Positions 18,647-28,471 of a DNA stretch of 64,000 bases are shown here, piece after piece (positions within the stretch are counted from its first letter, which is position 1; each line of letters starts with the position of its first letter). The DNA comes from Alphaproteobacteria bacterium (GTDB lineage: Bacteria > Pseudomonadota > Alphaproteobacteria > Bin95): positions 320,001 through 384,000 of the forward strand of contig OZ219789.1 in NCBI GenBank assembly GCA_964291285.2, in the 5' to 3' direction. A program made the position numbers and the translations under genes. The notes beneath the pieces were generated by a model. It did not search any database, was not told the DNA's origin, and saw only the letters and a program-made list of their open reading frames with translations.

Positions 18647-21142
18647 TCATGGTGCGCCTGTCGGAATGGCGATAGCTTCAATGTCGGCTCTCGTCTCAAT
18701 CATGGCTGAGATAGGCGTGTAGAGATCAACCTCGCTGTCCGCGCACCGCAAGGAGAGCACAAGCGAATAGCGCGCTTTCTGTCCTCGGACATCGGCCTTC
18801 GCGCGGTCCTTCCACCAGCCTCCGACCGGTTTGACGCAGATGATGTTCCGCGAGAGCAAATTGACTGCGGGCCCCGTCCATTGATCGCTGTGCAGCGACC
18901 CCGCCGACATCGATTGCGCGCCGAACAGCCACCGGTCACCGTCGGGATCTGTAGAAGGTCGATCATCCGAGTGCTCCCATGCCTGCTTGTTCAGCCGCTT
19001 TGCGAAATCGTTGGGCGCCTCTGATCGGCGCTTCAGGTCGAAGCGTAGCCCAAAGGACTGATAGCGATAGGGATCGAATGAGGCGGACGAACCCGGGTTA
19101 GGCTCGACAAAATACGACAGCGTGATTTTCAACGTGATGTCCTGCTCACCCAGACTTTCCAAGGCCTCCCGAGGCCAAGGCAACGAATAGAAGTGGCATT
19201 CGTTCATGCCCTTTCCGCTTCGACGGTATGGCTGAATTTCTGCTTGGGAAATCAATGCCAGGTGATTTCTCGCTGACGCTGCAGCACGCTCGAACGTCGG
19301 AACTCCGTGGCCGTATCGCCTCAGCAAGAGATAGGCAGCGCTCTTGCTACCGGCCGCCTGCAAGGCATCCGTCATCAAGGGGGTCCATTCCGCGCCGTGG
19401 ATCATCAAAGCTCGTACGGTCTCCGGCCAATAATGCGGAAATTCGGCCATCAGCCGTGCAGCCAGACGCGCTGCCTGCGCTGTCGCTGCGCTCGTCGCCC
19501 AAAACGAGACCAGCGGATTCTGATCGGTGTTCGGACCGGTTGAAAGAAGTGCCAGCGAATCGGCGTCATACACATCTCTTCCCGCGGGCGATATCACACG
19601 ATTGCCTGCTTCCATAACGATATCCGGCTTGAACGGCGTCTTGCCCTGAAGCCATTGGGTTGATGTTCGCGTATAGGGGCTGATGTCGCCTGCCTTGGCG
19701 TAGGGCGAGTAACCCTCGAATACCGGTTCCTGGATATTGACCCGATCAGTATATCCGCCAACCGTTATGGCGTTCCAAGCTTGGGCCGGGTCCTCGATTG
19801 GGAGCTCGTCTGCATCCCTTATCCGATGACTTTCGATCTCCTCCGGCGCATTACCCGCCGCGACGACAAACAGTCTCGGAGGCACTTGGTCACCAGTCTC
19901 GGTCACGCCGGCCGCTTCCTGGTCGATCGCTGCACTCCAAGTCGTTGGTCGCTCGCCCGTTCGGTCCTCATTAGTCACCGCCATACAAAACACCCTGCGA
20001 CGGTCCGGTTGCTCGGTTTCCGGTAATGCCACAGCCTGTTTTGTAATCGCGCCGTAGAATCGCTCTTCGGTCGGCTCGAACCCATTCGGCGGAAGTATCT
20101 TGACCGACTCAAGACGGTGGGTCAGGGATGGGATGTCGGCACCTGCCAGATGTGGGGTCAAATCTCCGAACAGCGCAAGCCCCGCCATCCCGGTGCCGTG
20201 GCCATGCGGGGAGTCGGCAACCCCCCATTCGGCTTTCACCGCGGCCAAATCCGCTTCCGCGAGTGCAGGCTCGATCAAGATGTGGGCACGATTCACCCCT
20301 GTATCGAGAAGACAGACCGCCGGAACATCCATGCCCGGCCATTCGGTTCGTTCTGACAATTCCTCGCAGACGTCCCGTTGTTCATCACGGTCGATATCGT
20401 CCAAAAAGAAGACTGGGCTATCGCTTGCACTCCGCAGCTCGACAATCGAAAGGCGCGCGAACAGCATCAGTTCGATAGTTGCCCTGTCGGTCAGAACCGG
20501 CAGCACAACATGTTCGGGAAAATACAGGCGTTGCTCGCGATCAGCCGCACGCGCTCCGAGCCTGGCGATTAACTGCTCAAGCTCGTCTTCCAACGCACGA
20601 ACGCACCAGACTTCCCACCACATTTCCTGGCCCGGCTGCGGAAGTTTCGACGGATCGTCAGTCCAAAATGTCTCAAGACGAGCCGCACGGATGGACTCAA
20701 TGGGATCGACGAAATCCTTTCGCCGGGGTTTTCTTCCCTTGGGGGTAAGCTCGCCTTCCTGATATTCGCGAAGGATGTCCTCGAACGCCTTGCGCGACTC
20801 ATCGGGAACATATAAACCGACGATCCTGTTCTCGTTCGTATCGAGCTTGGCGGCTCCCGGCTTGATACGATCGGCCTTTCGTTCGACTGCATCGACACGG
20901 GACCCCCGCTTCAACTCGACTTCAAGAAAAGCGCCCTGCGGTGGGTCCAGTCTCGGGTCCTCGCGCCTTGCGGCATCGAATGCCCGATAGGAAACGGCAA
21001 GTTCCCCACGGAGCTTCGCGCCATGCTCCTCACGGCTGCGCGGCGTGCCGGCGCCAATCGGATTTGAGGCAGCCGACGTAAACGGCGCGACTTGGAGCCG
21101 CCGCGACAAATCAATGTGCGGGAGGTCGTAAGGAGGTGCCAC
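18647..21142 (-). CDS. ietS: S8 family serine peptidase of ietAS-type system
   Basis: LLDTG (Asp), HGTGMAG (His), AAGN, KPDIV, ATSAATA (Ser); downstream of AAA ATPase. Confidence 0.85.
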   Translation of the reverse strand: MAPPYDLPHIDLSRRLQVAPFTSAASNPIGAGTPRSREEHGAKLRGELAVSYRAFDAARREDPRLDPPQGAFLEVELKRGSRVDAVERKADRIKPGAAKLDTNENRIVGLYVPDESRKAFEDILREYQEGELTPKGRKPRRKDFVDPIESIRAARLETFWTDDPSKLPQPGQEMWWEVWCVRALEDELEQLIARLGARAADREQRLYFPEHVVLPVLTDRATIELMLFARLSIVELRSASDSPVFFLDDIDRDEQRDVCEELSERTEWPGMDVPAVCLLDTGVNRAHILIEPALAEADLAAVKAEWGVADSPHGHGTGMAGLALFGDLTPHLAGADIPSLTHRLESVKILPPNGFEPTEERFYGAITKQAVALPETEQPDRRRVFCMAVTNEDRTGERPTTWSAAIDQEAAGVTETGDQVPPRLFVVAAGNAPEEIESHRIRDADELPIEDPAQAWNAITVGGYTDRVNIQEPVFEGYSPYAKAGDISPYTRTSTQWLQGKTPFKPDIVMEAGNRVISPAGRDVYDADSLALLSTGPNTDQNPLVSFWATSAATAQAARLAARLMAEFPHYWPETVRALMIHGAEWTPLMTDALQAAGSKSAAYLLLRRYGHGVPTFERAAASARNHLALISQAEIQPYRRSGKGMNECHFYSLPWPREALESLGEQDITLKITLSYFVEPNPGSSASFDPYRYQSFGLRFDLKRRSEAPNDFAKRLNKQAWEHSDDRPSTDPDGDRWLFGAQSMSAGSLHSDQWTGPAVNLLSRNIICVKPVGGWWKDRAKADVRGQKARYSLVLSLRCADSEVDLYTPISAMIETRADIEAIAIPTGAP

Positions 21143-21288
21143 GACTCAGAGACCGTTTGAGAATGCCTTCAACGGATAACTCCAGTCCGCTCGAGAAGCC
21201 CAAAGTGCCGGAAATCGTGGCTTTGGAGATGCTGCAGCGAGAAAAATGGGCACCGCGCCGAACCTCGATTCTATTCTCAAACGGACTG

Positions 21289-22296
21289 TCAGGTCGAACC
21301 CGGCGCGCCAGTGAAAGCCTCGCGCATCTCCCGACGTTCATCAAGGGCACCTACAACGTCGCGTGTTGTAAGTCGGCCCCGTTCATCCAGTATCGCGGTC
21401 TTCACCGCTTTCTCCGCTGCGCAGGCAAGTTCGGACTGGCTCAGGCCGCGCCCCGCATCGAGGATCCGTTTCCAAGCAAGATTTGGATACTTCATGGGCC
21501 TGAGATAAGCCTTGATGACCCCGCGTATCTCATCGTCGGTCGGCATCTCGAACGGCAGAACCATATCAAACCGTCGAAGCAATGCCCGATCAAGAAGGTC
21601 GGGATGATTGGTCGCACCGACGATGAGGCTGTCCGTCGCGTTCGGCTCTTCCATGAATTGCAGGAACGAGTTGAGGACCCTGCGCATCTCGGCGACATCG
21701 TTGGATGCGCTGCGATGCCCGCCAACGGCATCGAATTCGTCGAAGAGATAGACGCCGCGGCGTTTCGCCGTTTCATCGAATACGAGACGCAGTTTCGCGG
21801 CCGTCTCTCCCATGAAGCGCGTAATGAGCGCCTCCAGGCAGATGACGAACAACGGCAGTTTCAAGGCGCTGGCTAGTGCCTCTGCAGTCATGGTTTTTCC
21901 GGATCCCGGCGGCCCGACGAACAGAAGTCGTCGGCTGGGCGTTTTCCCGTGCTCACGAAGCCAGTCCCTGCGCACCTGTTCTCGAATCAGACCATCGAGT
22001 TGGCCCCGGAGCGAAGTGTTGAGCACGACGTCGTCAAGACGATACGAGGATCTGCGTACTTCTATGAGGCCGGCGAGTTCGCCGCGTGGCGTAGCGAACG
22101 GAACAGCGATCGTTTGCCCCTGACCGGAAAAACGGGTACGGGCAGTCTCTACGGCCTCCCGAAGCTCTTGCGCCAGACTGCGACGCCCTTGGCGAGCCTC
22201 GGACGCGGCGGCTTGGAGTGCGACGGTGAAAAACCGATCCTCATCGCCTGCAGCCTGACTGCGTAACATCTCAAGTATGTGCTTCGCACTGGACAT
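21289..22296 (-). CDS. ietA: AAA ATPase of ietAS-type system
   Basis: Start MSSAKHIL (ATG 22296); GPPGSGKT Walker A, LFDEFDA Walker B, ATNHPDLLDRALLRRFD. Confidence 0.85.
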   Translation of the reverse strand: MSSAKHILEMLRSQAAGDEDRFFTVALQAAASEARQGRRSLAQELREAVETARTRFSGQGQTIAVPFATPRGELAGLIEVRRSSYRLDDVVLNTSLRGQLDGLIREQVRRDWLREHGKTPSRRLLFVGPPGSGKTMTAEALASALKLPLFVICLEALITRFMGETAAKLRLVFDETAKRRGVYLFDEFDAVGGHRSASNDVAEMRRVLNSFLQFMEEPNATDSLIVGATNHPDLLDRALLRRFDMVLPFEMPTDDEIRGVIKAYLRPMKYPNLAWKRILDAGRGLSQSELACAAEKAVKTAILDERGRLTTRDVVGALDERREMREAFTGAPGST

Positions 22297-22556
22297 CTTC
22301 GGGAATGGTAGCATCTTCGTCTGAAAGTACAGCCAGCAATTCTCATGGAGAAATTTGCGCTGTGGGGTTTTTCCGGTCGGATGGGACGTTGGGTCCGGGT
22401 GGTGATGTTGTTTGTTCCGGCGTTCGAGGCGGTCGCTGCGGTTGATTTTCGAGCTTGAGCGGCCCAGCCCGGTAGCATCGCCGGCCCTCGGTCGCGGGTG
22501 TCCGTATGCCGGGGTCCGGCGGGTTGGGTCAGCGTTGTCGGCAGCCGGCTGAGGGG

Positions 22557-23427
22557 TCAGCCGGTATCGAGGTATGGCACCGGGCCGACCAGGGAGCGCA
22601 TGCGTGCGACGCGTCCGGCGCGGGCCTGTGCAAGCGCCATGGCCATCATGACCGCGAGCGCCATGCCGAGGCGTGTCTTCATCTTCGCGCGTCCGCGGAT
22701 GTAGTGGGTCTCGAAGTTGAAGCTGCGGTCGAGGCGGGCGTTGATCCGCTCCATGGCGGTGCGCCGGTTGTATCCGCGCCGCCACGACGGGCTGCCCCAG
22801 GGCGTGGGCGTGAAGATACGCCGGTCATGGCTGTCGAGGTCGACGCGCAGGATGCGGCCGTATTCGCCGGACTTCACCCCACCCGCCCGATGGCAGGCCC
22901 GGCGTCCCTTGCACTCGAAGCCGAAGGCGGCTGCGGGGCAGCGGTATTTGAGCGTGCCGCAGACGCCGCGCCCGGCCTCGAACCCCTGGAAGGCCATGGC
23001 GCGGACCTCGCCGGTCTGCGGGCACACGCAGGACACCCGGCCGCGTTCGTCATGAACGATGACGTCGGCGCGCCCGGGGAACAGCGGTCGCGTGATCGGC
23101 CGGGCCGGGTCATGGCCCGGCTCCTTCTTCTCGACCCGCCACATCAGGCGCGTGTCGATCAGCGGGCGGATATGCCACCTGTCCCACAACCGCGCCTTCA
23201 GGCGGGCGTTGTCGAGACCGCGGTCGGCGCTGAAGGTGGCGCAGCGCCCGGCCATCTCCGGCGCCCCGGCGAACAACTCCTCCACCATCCCGGACAGCGC
23301 CCCGGGCTCGGACGCCGACGCCCGCGTCACCTCGAAGGCCACAGGAACCTCGTAGTCCGTGTCGGCGATCAGGTGAAGCCCGTAGCCGAACCACGACTTC
23401 ACCTTCTTCCACACCGCGCCCGCACCG
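22557..23427 (-). pseudogene. DDE transposase (IS5/IS1182-like), N-terminally truncated
   Basis: WFGYGLHLIAD, ADRGLD, YNRRTAMERINARLD motifs; 5' part replaced by the integrase-pair upstream region. Confidence 0.75.
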
Positions 23428-23539
23428 GTGGGTGCTAACTATCTGACGCAGCGTCGTTTTTTCTCCCGAAATGCAGCGGTCGGGCAAGCGGGTCGCAAGG
23501 GCCCGTTCCCCGGCTGCAACCGGAGCCGGGAGAAACGCA

Positions 23540-24664
23540 ATGGCGAAGACTACCCTTACCGAGGCGCGCGTGAAGGCGCTCAAGCCCCGCAGGTCCGTCC
23601 GCGAGGTCCGCGACGGCAGGCTGAGGGGGTTCGGCGTCCGTGTGTCGCCCTCGGGCCGCAAGCAGTTCTTCATCCACTGCCAGCATCGCGGCGTGCGCAT
23701 CTGGAAGATCGTCGGCGACGCCGGGTCGATGAGCGTCACGGACGCGCGGTCTGCGGCTGCGGACATGCTTGCCGCCATCAGGCGCGGCGGGGAGGCGCCG
23801 CCTGCGCCGGACGAGACGCTCTTCGAGGCCGTCGCCGAAACCGTGTTCGAGCGCCATGCGCGCCTCTGGAAGGCCGGAACGCTCGCTGTCAACCGCAGCT
23901 ATCTTCGCTGCCAGATCCTGCCGCATTTCGCGGGACGGCAAGTCGCGGACATCGACCGGCTGGAGGTAAGGAACTGGTTCGCCCGCCTGCGCGCGACGCC
24001 GGTGGCGGCGGACCGGTCGATGCCGGTGCTGTCCGTCATCATGAGGGAGGCGGAGGCCATGGGCCTGCGCCCGGAGGGTTCCAACCCCTGCCGGGGCATC
24101 AGGCGCTACCGCCGCAAGGGCCGCGAGCGGTTCCTCCCGGACGAGGAAATCCGCCGCCTGTCCGCACGGCTCAAGGCGCATGAGGCCCGCTGGCCGCAGC
24201 ATGTTGCCGTCATCCGCCTGCTGCTGCTGACCGGCTGCCGCAAGGGCGAGATCCTCACCCTGCAATGGTCCGATTACCGCGAAGGCCGCCTGTTTCTCCG
24301 CGATTCCAAGACGGGGCCGAGAACCGTCTGGCTGTCGGAGCCGGCCCGGACGGTGCTTGATCGTCTCGAGCGGAAGGGGCGATGGATATTCCCCGCATCT
24401 CGGGGCGACCGGCCCCGGAGCGGAAGCTGGCTGGACCACTTCTGGCGCAGGGTCCGCGCCGAGGCGGCGCTCGAAGACGCCCGCCTTCACGATTTGCGCC
24501 ATACGCATGCGAGCCTTGCCCTCAGGCAGGGCGTGACGGTGCTCGCCATCGGCCGGCTGCTGGGCCACCGCAGGCCGGAAACCACGCTGAAATATACCCA
24601 TGTCGCCGACGCCATGGTGCAGGACGCAGCCGAGACGGTCGGCGCCGTGCTGGAGGCAGACTGA
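23540..24664 (+). CDS. Tyrosine recombinase/integrase A with arm-DNA-binding N-terminus
   Basis: MAKTTLTEARVKALKP..DGRLRGFGVRVSPSGRK arm domain; R(TGCRKGE), K(DSKTG), HDLRH, LGH, Y(TLKY). Confidence 0.92.
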   Translation: MAKTTLTEARVKALKPRRSVREVRDGRLRGFGVRVSPSGRKQFFIHCQHRGVRIWKIVGDAGSMSVTDARSAAADMLAAIRRGGEAPPAPDETLFEAVAETVFERHARLWKAGTLAVNRSYLRCQILPHFAGRQVADIDRLEVRNWFARLRATPVAADRSMPVLSVIMREAEAMGLRPEGSNPCRGIRRYRRKGRERFLPDEEIRRLSARLKAHEARWPQHVAVIRLLLLTGCRKGEILTLQWSDYREGRLFLRDSKTGPRTVWLSEPARTVLDRLERKGRWIFPASRGDRPRSGSWLDHFWRRVRAEAALEDARLHDLRHTHASLALRQGVTVLAIGRLLGHRRPETTLKYTHVADAMVQDAAETVGAVLEAD

Positions 24665-25875
24665 TGGCGGGCCGGGAACGGATGAAACTCACCGACGCCG
24701 CCGTCGCCCGTCTCCGCCCCCGCGAGCGGGAATATACGGTCTGGGACACGCGCATCGCCGGTCTCGGCGTCCGGGTGCGGCCCACCGGCGGGCGCAGCTG
24801 GGTGCTGCTGCTCGACAGCGGCGGGCGCACCAGGCGCGTCTCGCTCGGCCCGGTTGGCGTGAAGAGCGCCGCCGAAGCCCGCCGGGAGGCTCTCGAGCGC
24901 CAGGCGGCCCCGCAGCCGGAGGAGACAGCCGCGCCGCCCGGCGCGGCCCCGCTGTTCCGGAATTTCGTCGCGGGTTCGTGGAAGCAGGCACACTTCGACC
25001 GCTACAAGCCGTCGGGCCAGCAAACCGCGTCCGGAATACTCCGGCGACAATTGCTTCCCGCATTCGGCCCGAAGCCGCTCGACCGCATTGCGCCGGGCCA
25101 TGTCCGGCAGTGGTTCGACCGCTACAGCCGGACCGCACCCGGCGGCGCCAACCGCGCTTTCACCCTCCTTCACCAGATCATGAACTTCGCCCTCGCCTGC
25201 GGTCATGTCGAGGTCAATCCGGCCAGGGACACAAGAAGGAACCGCCGCCCGGCACTCACACGGTTCCTGTCCCGGGAGGAACTCGTCCGCCTCCATGCCG
25301 CCCTGGACGCGCAGACCCGGCAGGGTGCGCGGCGGCAGGCCGACATTATCCGCCTCCTGCTGCTGACCGGCTGCCGCAGAAGCGAGATCACGGGCCTCGG
25401 CTGGTCGGAAGTCCGCGAGGACGGGCTGGCGCTCACCGATGCCAAGACCGGACCGAGGACGGTCCCGCTCGGCAGCCGGGCCCGGGCCATTCTCGACCGG
25501 CAGCCGCGCACGGGCAGCGCGTTCGTGTTTCCCTCGCCGCGCGACCCCGCCCGCCCGCGCAGCCCCGACCTGCCGCTCTGGTACCGCGTCAGACACGAAG
25601 CCGGCATCGGGGATGTCCGCCTTCACGACCTGCGCCATACCATGGCCAGCCATGCGGTGATGAACGGCGTGCCCGTCCCGGTGGTCTCCCGCCTGCTCGG
25701 CCATTCCGATGTGCGCATGACGCTGCGCTACGCCCATATCGCCGACCGCGACATCGAGGCCGCCGCGGAACGCGTCGGGCAGGCGATGGCGCGGGCCATG
25801 GGGACGGACCGGCAAGGCCCCGGCGAGGGCTGGCCGGTCCCTGGCCTCCCGTGGCCCGCCCGGCCTTCGTCATGA
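24664..25875 (+). CDS. Tyrosine recombinase/integrase B with arm-DNA-binding N-terminus
   Basis: TGATG overlap with integrase A; KLTDAAV..WDTRIAGLGVRVRPTG; TGCRRSE, DAKTG, HDLRH, LGH, LRY. Confidence 0.92.
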   Translation: MAGRERMKLTDAAVARLRPREREYTVWDTRIAGLGVRVRPTGGRSWVLLLDSGGRTRRVSLGPVGVKSAAEARREALERQAAPQPEETAAPPGAAPLFRNFVAGSWKQAHFDRYKPSGQQTASGILRRQLLPAFGPKPLDRIAPGHVRQWFDRYSRTAPGGANRAFTLLHQIMNFALACGHVEVNPARDTRRNRRPALTRFLSREELVRLHAALDAQTRQGARRQADIIRLLLLTGCRRSEITGLGWSEVREDGLALTDAKTGPRTVPLGSRARAILDRQPRTGSAFVFPSPRDPARPRSPDLPLWYRVRHEAGIGDVRLHDLRHTMASHAVMNGVPVPVVSRLLGHSDVRMTLRYAHIADRDIEAAAERVGQAMARAMGTDRQGPGEGWPVPGLPWPARPSS

Positions 25876-25993
25876 CCCGTGGGCCCGCCTTCTGGACGCC
25901 GCCGCCTGCCAGCGCGCCTGAGGGTGACCCCGGCCTCGTGCGCCGCCCTGCCTGCCCCGTTGCCGTTCGCGGCCTCGCCGCCGGCAGGAACTG

Positions 25994-26866
25994 TCACGGC
26001 GCCGGCTCCATGTTCGACCGTGCGGGGTCCGCTTCCAGGCGGGCGGCGAGCCTGTCGGCGCGCGGCTCGCCCAGGTCGCGCAGGACGGCGACCACGACCG
26101 GCGCGACATCCGGATGGCGCAAGGCGCAGCGTCCGAGCGCCACGATCGCCTCGTCATCGCCGATCGCGCCCAGCGCCTCGACGATCCCGTCCGAGGGCGC
26201 GGCGGCGAGTTCGGCAGTCAGCATGTCCCGGCCCGAAGCATCGCCCCGGCGCGCCAGCGCCATCGCCGCTCCCCGGCGGATCGACGGTTCCCGGTCGGAC
26301 AGCCCCTCCCGCAGCCGGGACACCGGCACGCCCGCCCCGGACGCGAGGTCGAAGGCCGCCGTGCGCACTCCCGGATCGTCATGGTCGAGGAACCCGGCAA
26401 CGAATGCGGCCGGCAGGACCAGCCCCGCCCCGACGGCGGATTGCAACGCAACCGGCAGCAATGAAGCCGGCAGGCCCGGCGAAAGGACGATCCGCTTCAA
26501 CGCGGCGCGCGCCCCGCTATCCTCCAGCCGCGCCAGGGTTTCCAGCACGGCGCACTGTTCCCGCAGCGGCCGATTGATGCCGAAGCCGCGGAGCCGGCAC
26601 CACAGCCCCTCCAGCGCCGGAACCGCCGCCGGCAACGACCGCGCGACGACCTCCGCACAGAGCGCGTCAATATCCGCCGGCCCCGCATCTGCAAGCCGCC
26701 CGGTCAGCTCGCCGTCGCAGAGCGACGCCAGCGCAGGGGCCGCAGGCCGGCCCAAATGCCCCGACCGGCCGCGGACATCAGTCCGCCTGCATCCGTCGAA
26801 CAGGTCCGGTTGACGGTCCGCCTCGGGCCGCTCCGGAGGGAAAGGGCTTGGTGTCCGGGCAGACAT
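25994..26866 (-). CDS. HEAT-repeat protein
   Basis: LDHDDPGVRTAAF, LSDREPSIRRGAAMALA, IVEALGAIGD repeats; likely start MSARTP (ATG 26866). Confidence 0.7.
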   Translation of the reverse strand: MSARTPSPFPPERPEADRQPDLFDGCRRTDVRGRSGHLGRPAAPALASLCDGELTGRLADAGPADIDALCAEVVARSLPAAVPALEGLWCRLRGFGINRPLREQCAVLETLARLEDSGARAALKRIVLSPGLPASLLPVALQSAVGAGLVLPAAFVAGFLDHDDPGVRTAAFDLASGAGVPVSRLREGLSDREPSIRRGAAMALARRGDASGRDMLTAELAAAPSDGIVEALGAIGDDEAIVALGRCALRHPDVAPVVVAVLRDLGEPRADRLAARLEADPARSNMEPAP

Positions 26867-26904
26867 CGGCGCAGCATATCCGACGATCGGCCACCACCGC
26901 CACG

Positions 26905-27349
26905 GCAAACCACCGGCTGGACCTTTGCGCTCTTCATCATGATCAACCGCTTCGGGCTCTCCTTCGTCATCCCCTCGCTCAACACCGGCTCGCTGAGGGC
27001 GCTGCGCGCGGACCAGGTGCAGCAGGGCTCGGGGCTGGTGAACTTCACCCGGATGCTCGGCGGCGCCTGCGGCATCAACCTGCTGGTGGTCCTGCTGGAA
27101 ATGCGCACCGGCGTCTTCGCCGAGGCCTTCACCGCAACGCAGACCGCCGCCAACGCCGCCAGCATGGCGATGCTGGAGGGCGTCGGCCGGCTGGCGGCGG
27201 CCGGCGGGCTCGGGCCCGAGGAGGCGAGCGCGGCGGCGGCGCGCTATCTCGGCGAAGTCATGCTCGCGCAGGCGGAGGCGCAGGCCTTCGTCATGGCGCG
27301 CGCCGGCTTGCAGGAACCGCCGGCATCGGCGAGGCTGCAATCGGCATGA
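26905..27349 (+). pseudogene. C-terminal fragment of MFS (DHA2/EmrB-like) transporter
   Basis: FALFIMINRFGLSFVIPSL..QGSGLVNFTRMLGGACGINLLVVLL; no N-terminal half present. Confidence 0.7.
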
Positions 27350-27904
27350 CCAACCGCCTCGTCATCGGCATCAGCGGCGCCTCGGGCGTCGTTTACGGCG
27401 TCCGCCTGCTGGAGCTTCTGGCGGAAAGCGCCGTCGAAACCCATCTGGTCATGACGCCGTCCGCAGAGGTCACGCTCGCGCATGAGACCGACCGCAAGGC
27501 GGCGGATGTCAAGGCGCTCGCCGACCGTGTTTACAACCCGCGCGACATCGCCGGCGCCATAGCCTCCGGCTCCTTCCGCACGCACGGCATGGTGGTCGCG
27601 CCCTGCTCGGTCCGGTCGCTCTCGGAGATCGCCTGGGGCACGACGACGAACCTGCTCACTGACGCTGAAGGAACGCCGCCGGCTGGTGCTGCTGGTGCGC
27701 GAAACGCCGCTGCATACGGGCCATCTGCGCGCCATGGCGGCGGCAAGCGAGAACGGCGCCGTGGTGATGCCGCCGGTCCCGGCCTTCTACGCCCGCCCGC
27801 AGAGCCTGGAAGAGATGATCGACCACACGCTCGGCCGCGCCCTCGACCTGTTCGAGATCGACCTCGGCACCGTCCGCCGCTGGCGCGAGCCGGAAAAAGG
27901 CTGA
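27346..27904 (+). pseudogene. ubiX: Flavin prenyltransferase UbiX, frameshifted
   Basis: RLVIGISGASG, IASGSF, APCS, then small deletion of RAADV region near 27660 shifting to TLKERRRLVLLVRETP..PAFY. Confidence 0.88.
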
Positions 27905-28162
27905 GCGGCGCGCCCGCCGTCAGTCGCCCCGACTCCGCCGGTTCAGCCAGCGGAAAAACACCAACGCGCCGACGACTGCGACCAGCATCCCCCGGCCGCC
28001 GAAGACCGCAAGCAGTAACGCCACAACACCGGCAGCGACAATAACTGCAACAATCTCATCCGGTGAAGCGCCCAGCGACAACGGAAGGGTAAACAAGGCG
28101 ACAACGAATCCGGTACCCCCTGCTGCTACAACAAAATACTCCTTCCAAAATCCTTTTCTTCC

Positions 28163-28456
28163 TTAATGTTTCCTCATCGCCTCACACAATTCATCGGCAC
28201 TGGATATGACCTTCCGGTTATCGAATAGGCTTTCATGCATTTCCGCCTCCGAATAACCCGTTGGCTTGCCGTTCTTTTTCCTCACAACCCAAGACGCACA
28301 TGGTCTCCTCTCCCCAAGATATTTCCCTACCGAACGAGGATGTGTATTCAACAAAGGTGCTACGGATCCGTATGTCGCCCGGATCTTCTTCTTGTTAAGA
28401 TAATCGAGGATTCGCTTTAAGGTTTCTTCCCTTGATCTATCCTTTCCGACCAACAT
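28163..28456 (-). CDS. Small protein resembling MGMT/ATL DNA-binding domain
   Basis: ATYGSVAPLLNTHPRSVG..SWVVRKKNG parallels TYGxxA..PRxVG..HRVVxxxG; lacks canonical PCHR. Confidence 0.55.
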   Translation of the reverse strand: MLVGKDRSREETLKRILDYLNKKKIRATYGSVAPLLNTHPRSVGKYLGERRPCASWVVRKKNGKPTGYSEAEMHESLFDNRKVISSADELCEAMRKH

Positions 28457-28471
28457 GGTTTCAGTCCGCTC

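Noticed and set aside
21289-22785. 498-aa extended ATPase ORF
   Set aside because: The N-terminal ~160 aa overlap the IS relic; the plausible start is ATG 22296.
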